A stretch of DNA of 64,000 bases, taken from the human T2T-CHM13v2.0 reference genome, Homo sapiens. The notes under the pieces were generated by a model. It saw only the letters and a program-made list of their open reading frames with translations. It was not told where the DNA came from and ran no database searches. The position numbers were made by a program, and so were the translations under genes. The stretch's first letter is position 1, and the number at the start of each line of letters is the position of its first letter. The stretch lies in NCBI RefSeq assembly GCF_009914755.1, contig NC_060934.1; one strand, given 5' to 3'. Shown here piece by piece: positions 1 to 16,977 of the stretch.

Positions 1-706
1 GATTGGTGTATTTACAATCCTTGAGCTAGATATAAAGGTTCTCCACGTCCTCACCAGACTCAGGAGCCCAGCTGGCTTCACCTAGTGGATCCCGCACTGG
101 GGCTGCAGGTGGAGCTGCCTGCCAGTCCTGTGCCGTGCGCTCGCATTCCTCAGCCCTTGGGTGGTTGAGGGGACTGGGCGCCTTGGAGCAGGGGTTGGCG
201 CTCGTCAGGGAGGCTCGGGCCGCACAGGAGCCCATGGAGGGGGTGGGAGGCTCAAGCATGGTGGGCTGCAGGTCCCGAGCCCTGCCCCGTGGGAAGGCAG
301 CCAAGGCCCAGCGAGAAATGGAGCGCAGTGCCGGTGGGCCTGCACTGTTGGGGGACCCAGTACACCCTCCGCAGCCACTGGCCCGGGTGCTAAGTGCCCC
401 ATTGCCCAGGGCCAGCAGGGCTGGCTGGCTGCTCCGAGTGCGGGGCCCACCAAGCCCACGCCCACCCGGAACTCCAGCTGGCCCGCAAGTGCCGCACACA
501 GCCCCGGTTCCTGCTCGTGTCTCTCCCTCCACACCTCCCTGCAAGCTGAGGGAGTGGGCTCCGGCTTTGGTCAGCCCAGAAAGGGGCTCCCACAGTGCAG
601 TGGGGGACTGAAGGGCTCCTCAAATGCCACCAAAGTGGGAGCCCAGGCAGGGGAGGTGTCGAGAGCAAGCGAGGGCTGAGGACTGCCAGCACGCTGTCAC
701 CTGTCA
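1..706 (-). mobile_element. ERV9 LTR (LTR12C-like), 5' U3 part, truncated by window edge
   Basis: Reverse complement starts TGACAGGTGACAGCGTGCTGGCAGTCCTC and follows the GC-rich LTR12C U3 to the first CCAAT repeat (GATTGG at 1-6). Confidence 0.93.
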
Positions 707-723
707 TTAGGATGCAGTTTTAA

Positions 724-1145
<422 letters not shown>

Positions 1146-2701
1146 AAGATTTGTTAACTTTTTAGAGCTGAAGTTTGGTCCACTATTTTATGTCATCAAC
1201 CTTTGATTTGCTGTGCTCTTCCCGTCAATTTAGAAAAGAATTTACCAAAGGTTGTAACATGTAATACAATTATTTTTTTCTCTGTACTTGAAAACAGAAA
1301 CAATGGTGATTATGTATAATATATGGAGTATCTACTGATTATTTTAGATGTCACTGAATTTATAAATTGAACTGAACATATAACCTCAGTTACTTTGCCA
1401 AAATTCCTTCTTTCAATATTACATAAACTGTAGAATGCGGAAGAGGCACTTTTAATTTCTAATTATTTAAGCGAGAAATGGAAAGACTCAACACTTCCTT
1501 TTAGGCTCAGACATAAAATTTCTGGTTGATACATCACCAGGGATTGTGATTTACACATGTATGTAAGTGAAACTTTCCGAATAGACAAACTTACAGGATA
1601 TATGGAATATCATTGTATTTACATACAGCACTATCTCAGACATCATTCCAAAAACTAAAGGACAATGAGGAAATATTTCCAAAATCCATATTACAGTGCT
1701 TTGGGGAGGTAAAAGAGAGAATGTTGCAATATGTTTTCCTGTTTGACTCAAGCTACATCTTAGGAGATATTTTAAACAGTGAATAAAATTTCTGTGTCAT
1801 AGTGAAAAGACATAAGCCAAACTACAATTCTCCAAAGAAATCTGAAATGAAGATTACTAAATACAACCTCCTGGATTTGGTTTTACTTACCTAGTATGTT
1901 GACTATGTCTGCTTATGGTTTTCTTACTTATGCCTACTTACCACCTTTTAATTAAATGAGCTGATAAAATTTCATCTAAGTGCAGAATTTCCTTCGCTTG
2001 ACATGAACTCTTTGTTCTACTGTGAGTCACCTGCCCTGGCTTTCTATTATGTGGATGTCTACAAAGGGATGTGCTTGTAACTCAAGTATAAGCAGATGGT
2101 TCTTTTATTGTTATAAATCAAATTGGTATAACCTGTGATTGGGTTTGATGTGGCCCCAGTTTTCTGAGGCCTGTGAAAATTGCTAGGTTGCTCTTTTTCA
2201 TTTTTTCTTATCACCTTAACTGGAGTTGGAGGCCCTTGCAAGTCCAGGGCAATGATGTCTTAGGCAACCTCAGTTGTCTAGTGTGACTTAATAAGCCTGA
2301 TGTATGTAGCAGAACCAATCTTTGCTTTTATATATAACATATGAATTGATGTGAACCTCATTCTCTAGGTTGCAGGTATTGGATTACTTTGTAATTCTTT
2401 ATTATAATAAGCAAGGTGTTCATCTGATTTTTTTTAACTGTTAATTCCACCCCTTTTCTTACTAGTTTTCTAATGACAATTGATGGAGAAAATAAATAAA
2501 CCCTAAATATCACAATTCTAAAAACTGCACTATTTTGAGATTGTAAAATTATTGGCTTTTGGTGTTTATTGATTCATGTCTGGTTTTTAGTAGGATTATC
2601 AAACCTTGTTTTGGCAATGAGTATAGAGTGCAAAATGCAAAGCCGTTTGCCATGATGTAGATGCTCACGGTATGCTCCTACATCTAAAGATACTATTCTC
2701 T

Positions 2702-3016
<315 letters not shown>

Positions 3017-3066
3017 CTATTCTCCAACATAAATCAGGCATATAGGAAATACAAACATACAGGAAA

Positions 3067-3111
3067 TGCAAACATCTTAGAGTGTACTTACACAAACCTA
3101 GATGGGATAGC
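3067..3111 (+). repeat. 45-bp internal Tigger3 fragment duplicating 4618-4663
   Basis: Matches 4618-4663 with one substitution and one 1-bp indel; no TIRs. Confidence 0.85.
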
Positions 3112-3327
3112 ACAGAAAATATGAACTATGGCAGAAAAATACATTAAGTTAGCTGAATGACATCCCTAATAAAAATCTGACTCTATTCTAAAACTGGGTA
3201 ATTTATGTTTAGGTAGATTAACTTAATTTTTTCATGTAATCTCCAGGAACAAATAAACCTTTTCCACAGTTGCACTTAACAAACTAAAGAATTAAAAGGA
3301 GAAAGAACACTAGTAATAATTACTCCC

Positions 3328-3653
<326 letters not shown>

Positions 3654-3658
3654 TCAAG

Positions 3659-3752
3659 ACCAGGCTGGTCTCGAACTCCTGACCTCAGGCAATCCGCCCA
3701 CCTCAGCCTCCCGAAATGCTGAGATTACATGGGTGGGCCACCTCGCCTGGCC
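3659..3752 (-). mobile_element. Alu left-arm fragment
   Basis: CAGGCTGGTCTCGAACTCCTGACCTC...CCTGGCC. Confidence 0.88.
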
Positions 3753-3809
3753 CCATTTATCCCTCACTTTATAACCTGAATCAAGGTTTTTAAATTTTAT
3801 GTTAAAGAT

Positions 3810-4048
3810 GGCCGGGCGTGGTGGCTCATGCCTGTAATCCCAGTTTGAGACAAGCCTGGCCAATATGGTGAAACCCTGTCTCTAATAAAAAATACAAAAA
3901 TTAGCCAGACTTGGTGACATTTGCCTGTTTTCCTAGCTACTCAGGAGGCTGAGGCAGGAGAATCGCTTGAAGCCAGGGGACAGAGGTTGCAGTGAACCGA
4001 GATGGTGCCACCGCACTCCAGCCTGGGCAACAAAAGAAACTCTGTCTC

Positions 4049-4077
<29 letters not shown>
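3810..4077 (+). mobile_element. AluS with ~40-bp left-arm deletion
   Basis: CCCAG joins directly to TTTGAGAC; TSD GTTAAAGAT at 3801-3809 and 4078-4086. Confidence 0.92.
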
Positions 4078-4080
<3 letters not shown>

Positions 4081-4081
4081 A

Positions 4082-4243
<162 letters not shown>

Positions 4244-4296
4244 CTATTTTGTTTTCCTTCATAAAATCATGATCAAAGCTAGAAAGAACATAAGAA

Positions 4297-4498
4297 AGTA
4301 TAGCATAGTCATTAATAGAAAGAGCTCTACAATCAGCTTAAATTTATTTTCTCTCTTTTCTAGTTATGTGATCTTAGGCAAGTTAAATAAATTACCTGTG
4401 TTCAGTTTATTTATTTGTGAAATGGGGAAAATAATGTTGCCTGTCTCTGGGATAAGATTGTGGTGAGGGTGAGTAACAGGTATAGCAAGCATAAAGCA
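4297..4498 (+). mobile_element. MIR
   Basis: TGTGATCTTAGGCAAGTT...CAGTTT...GTGAAATGGGGAAAATAAT core. Confidence 0.8.
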
Positions 4499-4551
4499 TA
4501 AAGAGGGCATAGGAATTGCCCTCTCTGCATGCCCCTGCATATGTGTGCATA

Positions 4552-6048
<1,497 letters not shown>

Positions 6049-6074
6049 TAAAATTACTAGCCCTCAAAAATCAG

Positions 6075-6940
6075 TTGTATCTTCAACATTTCCTACCTCT
6101 GCAAAAGGCATCACTATCCTCCCAGTTACCCAGGCATAAAACCTTGGAATTCTATCGAATTATTTTATTTCCTTAACATCTCATGTTTAATTAGTCACTG
6201 ATTCCCATCAATTTTCTCCTATCATGTTTATTAGTAGCAACACATTATTTCTCCTAGAAAAAATAATTTCCTAGTTTAGGCTCTTAATTTAGCCTATTTT
6301 TAAAATACCTCGAAGTTTAACATATACTCTTTATTTCTCATTTCTTAAAATATTTTCTACATTTTGCTACAGTTAACCTTTCTAAAGCATAAATATCTCA
6401 TTTTGTCACTTGTCTGCTCAAAAAAACCGTAAAATCTCTTCTTGGTCTAGAAGGTTAAAATTGCAATGTTTGGCATGATGGATATAGAAATTCTCATTTC
6501 TCCCTTTTCTTCTTTTCTCCTTTGCCCCCACATCTTTTCTTCCATGTTCACACCAGTACCCACTGTCCCAGGCATACAGAATTCATTGTTTCATGAACAG
6601 AGCCAACACATTCTAACTACCATGCATTTACTCAAACCATCTGGCCACCTGGAATTCCCTACTATCCCCCATAAAATTTAAATTAAAAAATTCCAGTATT
6701 CTGTTCTCTCTGAAGATGTCCCTGAACCTTTATTGAAACTCATTGACATATCCTTTGGTTCCAGCAGCCTTTATTGTATATGCCATAATTTAGCACATAC
6801 ATTACTCTGACTTACATTTTACTAAGTTAGTGACCTCTCTCCACTGATGAAACAGTGTCAGGATTTTTTTCATTTTTGTATTCCCTGCCGGTCCACAGAG
6901 TGCTATGAACATATGATTTGCTAAGTTAATTTTAAATTGA
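6075..6940 (+). mobile_element. L2 3' region, highly diverged
   Basis: GGCATCACTATCCTCCCAGTTACCCAGGC...AAACCTTGGA and further L2-like blocks. Confidence 0.65.
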
Positions 6941-7005
6941 CTTAAACTTACTGGTGAATTCACCGATCAACTGTTCAAGTATTTCTTTTAGAAATGTCTT
7001 GCCTT

Positions 7006-7310
7006 GGCCGGGCGCGGTGGCTCACGCCTGTAATCCCAGCACTTTAGGAGGCCGAGGTGGGCGGATCATGAGGTCAGGAGATCGAGACCATCCTGGCTAA
7101 CACGGTGAAACCCCCTCTCTACTAAAGATACAAAAAAATTAGCTAGGCGTGGTGGCGGGCACCTCTAGTCCCACTACTCGGGAGGCTGAGGCAGGAGAAT
7201 GGTGTGAACCCAGCAGGCGGAGCTTGCAGTAAACCGAGATGGCGCCACTGCACTCCAGCCTGGGAGACAGAGTGAGACTCCGTCTCAAAAAAAAAAAAAA
7301 AAGGAAAGAA
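7006..7310 (+). mobile_element. AluY
   Basis: TSD AGAAATGTC(C)TTGCCTT. Confidence 0.95.
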
Positions 7311-7935
7311 AGAAATGTCCTTGCCTTGATACATTTTATATTCTAAAAAAAATTAATTTCATTTTAAGAACAATATCTTCCAAAACAAAGAAACAAAAAC
7401 TCCCATACAATTCTAATGGTGGTTATGGGCAACATTCAAAATGGCACACCAATTGTAAAAAAAAAATTTCCCATGAAAGCCAGAGGTGAAAAAGATCTCA
7501 GATAATAGTATGACTAAAAGCAGAGGAAATTATATACAATGCACAATTTTAATGTCAATATTGTCATTGTTTCCTAGGTTAGGGGAGAGTATAACCGCAT
7601 TTATAAACTTGTTCTTTTTGTCTCTCCTCATGTTGACCTTACACATAGCGTATTAGGCTGTTAAAATAACAAAAGGAAGGAGAAAACGGTATATTGAAAT
7701 CCAGCATTTTCTTACAACAATTCCTTACTGTGAATTTTGAATGAAAATTAAATTCTTTAATCACTAGGAAAGACTCTGAGTGTGCAGGTGTTCCTTTCAG
7801 CTGATATAAACATTGATAAGATCAAAGCTTTCTCTAAATTATCTGTCTTACCAAGTTTTGACTGAATCTCTGAACAAAATCCTGTAGCTTCTCTTTATTT
7901 TGGATAAACCTTTGATCCTTTAAAAATATAGGCAT

Positions 7936-8433
<498 letters not shown>

Positions 8434-8764
8434 CTAAGGAAATGGAGAAAAAAAAAAAGGCAAAAAGGCAAAAAAGTTAACCACTACTTGCACTGTAAAA
8501 TGGGCTTAAGTTTAAGGTTTGGCAAGTGTTTAAGAAAAGCATGCATTAAGCTCATTTTCTGTGGAGACAAGTCTCTGGGCATTTAGTTTTGGTTAAGGTA
8601 AATACTTTATTTAAAATTTTAAAGACCTTAGTAATGTAAACAAATTATGTTGAGTTTGGACTTCTCTACAAAATCTATGTGGAATCTTAGGAAAGGAAGA
8701 GTGAAAGGATACAGTAAGGACAATTTAAGTGGTAGTTCAGCCTCAATCCTAAGCATAAGCATAA

Positions 8765-9118
<354 letters not shown>

Positions 9119-11011
9119 TAGTATTAGTTTTCTTCTGTTGCTAATGGTCATTTCTATCTTCACTTAATTTACTCTGAATCCCATGCCACTTTTGCATTCC
9201 AGGCTAAAGTTTGGATTGAAGGAAAGGATAGCAAGTCAATTCACAATCTGATTTTTTCAATACAGAGACTGTACATGTTTACTAAAAAGAATAGCCCTTA
9301 ATTCTTTTTTAAAAGCCCACAGCAAGCAAGATAATTAACAATTTTTACATGAACAAATGGCTTACAATATTTTAAAAATCTAGAGAACACTGATACCATC
9401 TTCAGTTATTGGCAATGGCATATTATCAATTCACTTTTCCAAAGAGATAGAAGTTACTCCTTTTGCCTTAGATCAGACTTCTTAAACTGTCAAATGAAGT
9501 AGCTGAGTATAACTTACCACCCACAACTTTTATATTTAGCCTCCTCTCTTCATTTCCTTTGTATTATGTGTACTGTAGCCCTTATATTAATATTTCTTTA
9601 TCTTACACATATTTCTTTCTTAAAAATGTGCTTTCATTTAGATGAGAAATACAATTTTAAGGGAAAAGTTGACTCATGCCTAGTCCTGTATTTTTTTTTA
9701 ATTGCTGATCTGTCCTGAGGAAATTAATGTTGCCCTACTGGGCATGATGCTGTCCCTTTAGGGAGATTCCTGCAAGTTATGACAGCTGGGGTTTTATAGG
9801 TGTCCACATTAAGCCTTTCATTGAGAGCAGAGATTAACTTGCAGTTGCCTGTATGACACAAATATATCTAAGAAATCAACATAATCTTTCAAAAACCCTC
9901 TGGCTAATACTAGTGTGTAGCCACTATTAATACAGTGGTTCTAAGTTTGTTCCAGGATCTCAAAGCCTTAAATCATTTCATGAACGCCTACTGCAAATGT
10001 CGGCATATAATGCTTACAAGGACACAACTGGGTGTCTCACACTGTATTATTTTAGTTTTAACCCACTTGAGATCCATCAAGTTATCTGTCATAGAACACA
10101 TGAAAGACCCCTGTAGAGAAGTCTCAGAATAAAAAACGGGCCTGGTTATGTTCCTTGGGAGAAGAGCAAAGAAAGCATGGGTTTACATTCTCTGTCTTTA
10201 AGAAATTGTCATTGTAGCTGTTGTTTGTTTCAAAATCTATGTACAGTCCTGACCGACCAATTGACAATGGCTGCCTGACTCAGCCATTCAGATATGTTAC
10301 CATAAATTCCCTGAGTTTTCTTTATAGCAAGAAAAGAAATCAGGACATTCTAAAAGTAATACACTGTGGATATTTACATGGCTAGAGTATAATTTTCTCT
10401 GCTTAATAATAAAACTTAATAATAAGCTTTATAATACAACTCTCATACAAATACAAAATAAACCTCTGTCAAAATTTATTTTACTTACTCCTGAGGAAAT
10501 CAGTAGGTGGGAAAGCTGGTTCCAAGAGCAAGTGAAAAAAAAATTACAGATATTTTTCCTCCAAAACAAGAAATGTTAGAATAAGACAACTATGTTAGAA
10601 ACAATACAGATTAATGACAACAAATGGTACTGGGAAAACTGGATACCCACAGGCAAAATATGAAGTTTAGGCCCTTAACTTATATAATATACAAAAATAA
10701 ACTAAAATGGATCAAATACTTAAAAGTAAGAGCTACACCTCTCAAACTCTCAGTAAAAAACATAGGAGAAAATATTCTTTATGTCAGATTTAGCAATGAT
10801 TTCTTAGATATGACACCATAGGTACATAGAATGAAAAAAATAACAAATAAATTACTTTTCATCAAAATTAAGTTTGGTGCATTAAAAGTCACCGTCAAGA
10901 CAGTGGAACAACAACTCAAAGAATGGGAGAAGATATCTGCAAATCACATATGTGATATGACATCAATATATGTGGATACAATATGTGTAATAGAATATAT
11001 AAAGAACTCTT

Positions 11012-11305
<294 letters not shown>

Positions 11306-12063
11306 CCTCCTACAACTCAACAACAAATAATAAAGGGTTCAATTTGTTAAATAGTCAAAGGACTTGAATAGATAATTATCTAAAAAAGCTATTTGAATGG
11401 CCAACAAGCACATGAAAAGAGGCTCAATATCACTAGCCATTAGCAAAATGCAAATCAAAATCAAGATGAGATATCATTTCATACCCATTAGGATGACTAT
11501 AAAAAAAAAAAAACCCAGAAAATAACAAGTGTTAGTGAGGATTTAGAGTAAATGGGAACCCTTGTGTATTGCTGGTGGGAATGTAAAATGGTGTAGCTGC
11601 TGTGGACAACAGTTTGGTGGCTCCTCAAAGGTTAAACATAGAACTACTATGTTATCCAGCAATTCTGTGCCTAGGTTCATGACCAAAGTAATTGAAAATA
11701 GACACTCCAACAGATATTGACCACCAATGTTCACAGTGGCATTATTTACAGTAGCCAAAAGCAGGAAGCAATTCAAATGTTCATCAATAGATGAATGTAT
11801 AAACGAAATAGAGTATATTCACATAATGAAACCTTATTCAGCCTTATTAATGAATGAAATTTTGATACATGCTACAGAATGTCAGTCACTACAACATGCA
11901 TAGCATAAACCTTGAAAATATTATGTTTAGTGAAAATAAGCCAGATGCAAAAGCATAAATATTGCCTGAAGTACTTAGAATAAGCAAATCATAGAGACAG
12001 AAAGAAGAATCATTACCAGGAACTAGTGTGGGTGAAAAGTTATTGTTTAATGGGTACAGAGAG

Positions 12064-12364
12064 TTTTTTTTTTTTTTTTTTTTTTGAGGCAGAGTCTCAC
12101 TCTGTCACCAGGCTAAAGTGCAGTGGCACAATTCTAGCTCACTGAAACCTCTGTCTCCTGGGCCCAAGAGATTCTCCTGCCTCAGCCTCCCAAGTAGCTT
12201 GGATTACAAGTGCGTGCCACCATGTCCAGCTAGTTTTAGTATTTTCAGTAGAGACTGGGTTTCATCTTGTTGGCCAGGATGGTCTTGATCTCTTGACCTG
12301 GTTATCCACCCGCCTCAGCCTCTCAAAGTGCTGGGATTACAAGCGTGAGCCACCATGCCTGAAC
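12064..12364 (-). mobile_element. AluS (Sc/Sg-like) inside L1
   Basis: Dimeric Alu with poly-T at left. Confidence 0.9.
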
Positions 12365-12472
12365 ATAATTTCTGTATGGCATGATTAAAGAGTTCTGGAA
12401 ATGGACAGTGGTAAAGATTGCCTAATATGGTGAATGTAACGCCCTCTGAACTGTACATTTAAAACTTATTAA

Positions 12473-12833
<361 letters not shown>

Positions 12834-13185
12834 AGAGCCTAGTTTCTTTTAGCATCACTCATTTTATAAGTCAAAAATTGTCATGATTTTTCTAGACATC
12901 ACCTAGGAAATCTAAAAAATACTTCTTTTTCCCTAAAAATCAGAAAATATTTACTTTTTAGAATTTAAGATATAATTTCAGATGGGCAAAAATACAAAGT
13001 GTTATCAGAGGAGATTTGGTCACTATGACTAAGATAGGAATACAGGTGCAGAGAGGAAAATGGTGGCAATAATCACAATGACAATACAATATTCTAAAAT
13101 AAGCATAGAAAAAGATATCATAATTTTTAGAAAATGTATCCCTTTCATAATGAATTACTTACGCTGTACAAATGTTTTTCCCTGA

Positions 13186-13705
13186 TTTTTCTTTCTAGCT
13201 TCATTGAAGTATGATTGATAAATAAAAATTGCACATATTTAAGGTATATAATATGATGTGATGTATGTATACATTGTGAAGTAATAGCCACTGTCAACAT
13301 TTTCATCAACTTACAAAGTTGCACTTTCTCTGTGTGTGTCTGTGTGTGTTTGTATGGGAATACGTAAGACCTACCCTGTTAGCAAAGTTCAAGTATACAA
13401 TACATTCTTATCAGCTGTAGACACTATGCTATATATTAGGTCCCCGGAATGTATTAATCTTTTAACTAAAAGCATAAGATAAAAGCATAAGCATAAATTT
13501 AAACTAATGAGTTTAAATTTTTTAGATTTCACAGATAAGTTCGATTATGAAGCATATTTGTTTTTCTGTGTCTGGCTTATTTCACTTAGCATTATGTTCT
13601 CCTGTTCCATCAATACTGTCACAAATAGTAGTAGTTCCTTCTTTTTTAAGGCTGAATAATATTCCATTGCATGTATATGCCACATTTTCTTTATCCACTA
13701 ATCTG
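13186..13705 (-). mobile_element. L1MA-like 3' end
   Basis: CTGTGTCTGGCTTATTTCACTTAGCAT, TTTTAAGGCTGAATAATATTCCATTG. Confidence 0.85.
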
Positions 13706-13862
13706 TAATAAAGGCTATCATTCAAAATACACAAGAAACCCTTCAAATTTCATAAGAAAGCAAATAATTCAATTAAAAAATGAGAAAATATAAATGAACA
13801 AGTCACTGAAGAAAATATAAAAATGGCAAGTTAAGTATTTCAAAATATATTCAACAACATAT
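13706..13862 (+). mobile_element. L1 ORF2 fragment, continuing at ~15313-15340 after the LTR12
   Basis: AAAATGGCAAG...TATTCAACAACAT joins ATATGACTTCAGGGAAAT across the LTR. Confidence 0.6.
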
Positions 13863-15312
13863 TGAGAGGTGACAGTGTGCTGGCAGCCCTCACTCGCTCC
13901 TGGTGACTCCTCAGCCTTGGTGCCCACTCTGGCCATGCTTGAGGAGCCCTTCAGTCTGCTGCTGCACTGTGGGAGCCCCTCTCTGGGCTGGCCGAGGCCG
14001 GAGCCGGCTCCCTCTGCTTGCAGGGAGGTGTGGAGGGAGAGGTGCCAGCAGGAACCAGGGCTGCCCACGGCACTTGCAGGCCAGTGTGAGTTCTGGGTGG
14101 GTGTGGCTCGGCAGGCCCTGCACTCAGAGCAGCCGACTGGCGCCACTGGCCCTGAGCAGTGAGGGGCTTAGCACTTGGGCCAGCAGCTGCAGTGGGTGCG
14201 CCGGGTCCCCCAGCACTGCTGGCCCTCCCACACAACGCTCGAGTTCTCACCAGGCCTCAGCCACCTCCCCATGGGGCAGGGCTTGGGACCTGCAGCCTGC
14301 CATGCCCAAGCCACCCACCCCACCCCCCATGGGCTCCCATGCAGCCCAAGCCTCCCTGACAGGTTCCACCTGCTGCTCTGCGGCGCCCAGTCCCATTGAC
14401 TGCCCAAGGGCTGAGGAGTGTGGGCGCACTGCGTGGGACTGGCGGGCAGCTCTGCCCATGCCCCCGACATGGGATCCACTAGGCGAAGCCAGCTGGGCTC
14501 CTGAGTGGAGTGGGGTCTTGGAGAACTTTTATGTCTAGCTGGAGGTTTGCAAATGCACCAATGAGCACTCTGTGTCTAGCTCGGGGTTTGTGGACACACC
14601 AATCAGCACTCTGTGTCTAACTAAAAGTTTGTAAATGCACCAATCAGTGCTCTGTGTCTAGCTAACCTAGTGGAGACTTGGAAAACTGTTATGTCTAGCT
14701 AGAGGATTATAAATGCACCAATCAGCACTCGGTGTCTAGCTCAGGGATTGTAAACGCACTAATCAGCACCCTGTCAGAACGGACCAGTCAGCTCTCTGTA
14801 AAATGGACCAATCAGTGCTCTTTAAAATGGACCAATCAGCAGGATGTGGGTGGGGCCAGATAAGGGAATAAAAGCAGGCTGCCAGAGCCCAGTGCACAAC
14901 CTGCTCCTGTTCCCTTCCACGCTATGGAATCTACCTTGTTTTGCTCTTTGCAATAAATCTTGTTGCTGCTCACTTATTGAGTCTGCACTGCCTTTATGAG
15001 CTGTTACAGTCACCGTGAAGGTCTGCAGTTTCACTCCTGAGGCCAGCAAAACCACGAACCGACCGGGGGGGAATGAACAACTCCAGACATGCCGCCTTAA
15101 GAGCTGTAACTTTCACCACCAGGTCTGCAGCTTCACTTCTGAAGCCAGGAAGACCACGAACCCACCAGAAGGAAGAAACTCTGAACACGTCCAAACATCA
15201 GAAGGAACAAACTCCGGACACACGACCTTTAAGAACTGTAACACTCACTGCGAGGGTCCACGGCTTCATTCTTGAAGTCAGTGAGAGCAAGAACCCACCA
15301 ATTTTGCACACA
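13863..15312 (+). mobile_element. Complete solo ERV9 LTR (LTR12C/D/E-type)
   Basis: TGAGAGGTGACAG...ACACA termini; 4-bp TSD ATAT at 13859-13862 and 15313-15316; no internal proviral sequence. Confidence 0.95.
14533..14880 (+). promoter_or_regulatory. LTR12 U3 enhancer/promoter: tandem CCAAT (NF-Y) repeats, GT box, GATA, TATA-like box
   Basis: CCAAT at 14558, 14599, 14640, 14718, 14808, 14832; GGGTGGGG 14848; AGATAAG 14858; AATAAAA 14867. Activity not shown. Confidence 0.7.
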
Positions 15313-15888
15313 ATATGACTTCAGGGAAATAAAAGCATTCTATATATTGAAATTTCTTTTAACAAAGCAAATAGAAAACTTTCTCAGAAAAACCAAATTT
15401 AAGTGATACATTGTCAGCTGACCTGTCTTGCAAGAAATACTAAAGGAAGTTCTTCAAGGGGAGAGAAAATGATACAAGTGAGAAACTCGGATACACAGTA
15501 AAGAAGCAATAAATGAAAAAGAATAAATCAAAGTTAAAAACATTTTTCTTATTGATCTATAAGATAACTAGTAACAAAAAAACTGGGTAATTATAGAATG
15601 TGGATAGGTGAAATGAACAATAGCAATGTCTTAAGGTACAGGAGGTATGATCTGGTAGTATTTTTACACCACATGTGAAGTAACAGTTTTATTTGAAGAT
15701 AGACCTAAAATACATATAATCAATTCTAATTTATTTAAATTAGACCTAAAATGCATATAATCAATTCTAGGAAAACCCCCACAAGTTTTTAAAAGAAGTG
15801 ATGAGATCATGTCTTATGAGGTGATGAGATATGCCAAGAGCTGAGACAAAATGCAATCATAGAAGACGCTTAACTAAAATAGGAGGCA

Positions 15889-16192
15889 GGTCAGGCACGG
15901 CGGCTTATGCCAGTAATCCCAGCACTTTGGGATGCCAAGGTAGGCGGACCACCTGAGACCAAGAGTTCGAGATGAGCCTGACCAACATGATGAAACCCCT
16001 TTGCTACAAAAAATACAAAAATAAGCTGGGTGTGGTGGCACACAACTGTAATCCCAGCTACTCTGGAGGCTAAGGTGGGAAGATCACTTTAACCTGGGAG
16101 GTGGAGGTTGCAGTGAGCCAAGCTTGCATCACTGCACTCCAGCCTGGGTGACAGAGTGAGGCTCCATCTCAAAATGAAATAAAATAAAAATA
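15889..16192 (+). mobile_element. AluJ/S
   Basis: Dimeric Alu; right arm GGTGGGAAGATCACTT is J-like. Confidence 0.9.
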
Positions 16193-16977
16193 AGTTAATA
16201 TAATTGATATTTATATTATACTTCAACAAAAGTAGAATACACATTCTTCTCTAGTTTGTATGAGACACACTGCATTATGGGCCATAAACATCTTAAAATT
16301 TTTCAAAGAATAAAGTTTATACAAAGTATAAAATCAGACCACAATAAAAATTAAAGGAGAAATAAATAACAGGAAGAGCTGAAAATTTTTCAAATATTTG
16401 AAGATTTAACAAAACTTCTAAATGCATCCCAAGAGAAGATTAAAGAGTAATTAAAATATTTGGAGCTAAATGAAAATGGAATCACAACTTATTGAAATAT
16501 ATGAGATACAGTAGAAACAGTACATAAAGATAAATTTATAGCATTAAATGAATGTATTAGGAAAAAAGATGTAAAATCAATAACCTAAGCTTCTGCCTTA
16601 AGAAACTAGAAAAAGACAATCCAAAGTATGTAACAAGGGAAAAATATATAAAGTATAGCAGATATTAGTAAAATAGAAAACAGTAAAACAATAGAGAAAA
16701 TCATGAAACAGGAAGCTGTTTCTTTGAAAAGATCCATAAACTTACTAACATTTACTCAAACTAATAAAGAAAAAAAGAGAGAATGCACAACTTACAAATA
16801 CTGGAAATGGAAATGAAAGAGGTGTATGGGTTATGACTACAAAAAATTGTGGACATTAAATGGATAATAAATATAGTATATTTAAAACTGTATACGCACA
16901 AATTTAATAACCTATATAAAATGGACAAATACCTTGAAAGACACAGTATACTAAAACTCACAAAAGAAAAAATAGAT

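Noticed and set aside
26-707. Overlapping 105-172 aa ORFs on both strands (also 13769-15318, up to 211 aa)
   Set aside because: They lie inside GC-rich LTR12 sequence, where stop codons are rare; no recognisable protein
14533-14840. Regularly spaced ~40-bp repeats resembling a CRISPR array
   Set aside because: These are the LTR12 U3 CCAAT tandem repeats; no unique spacers, no cas genes, eukaryotic context
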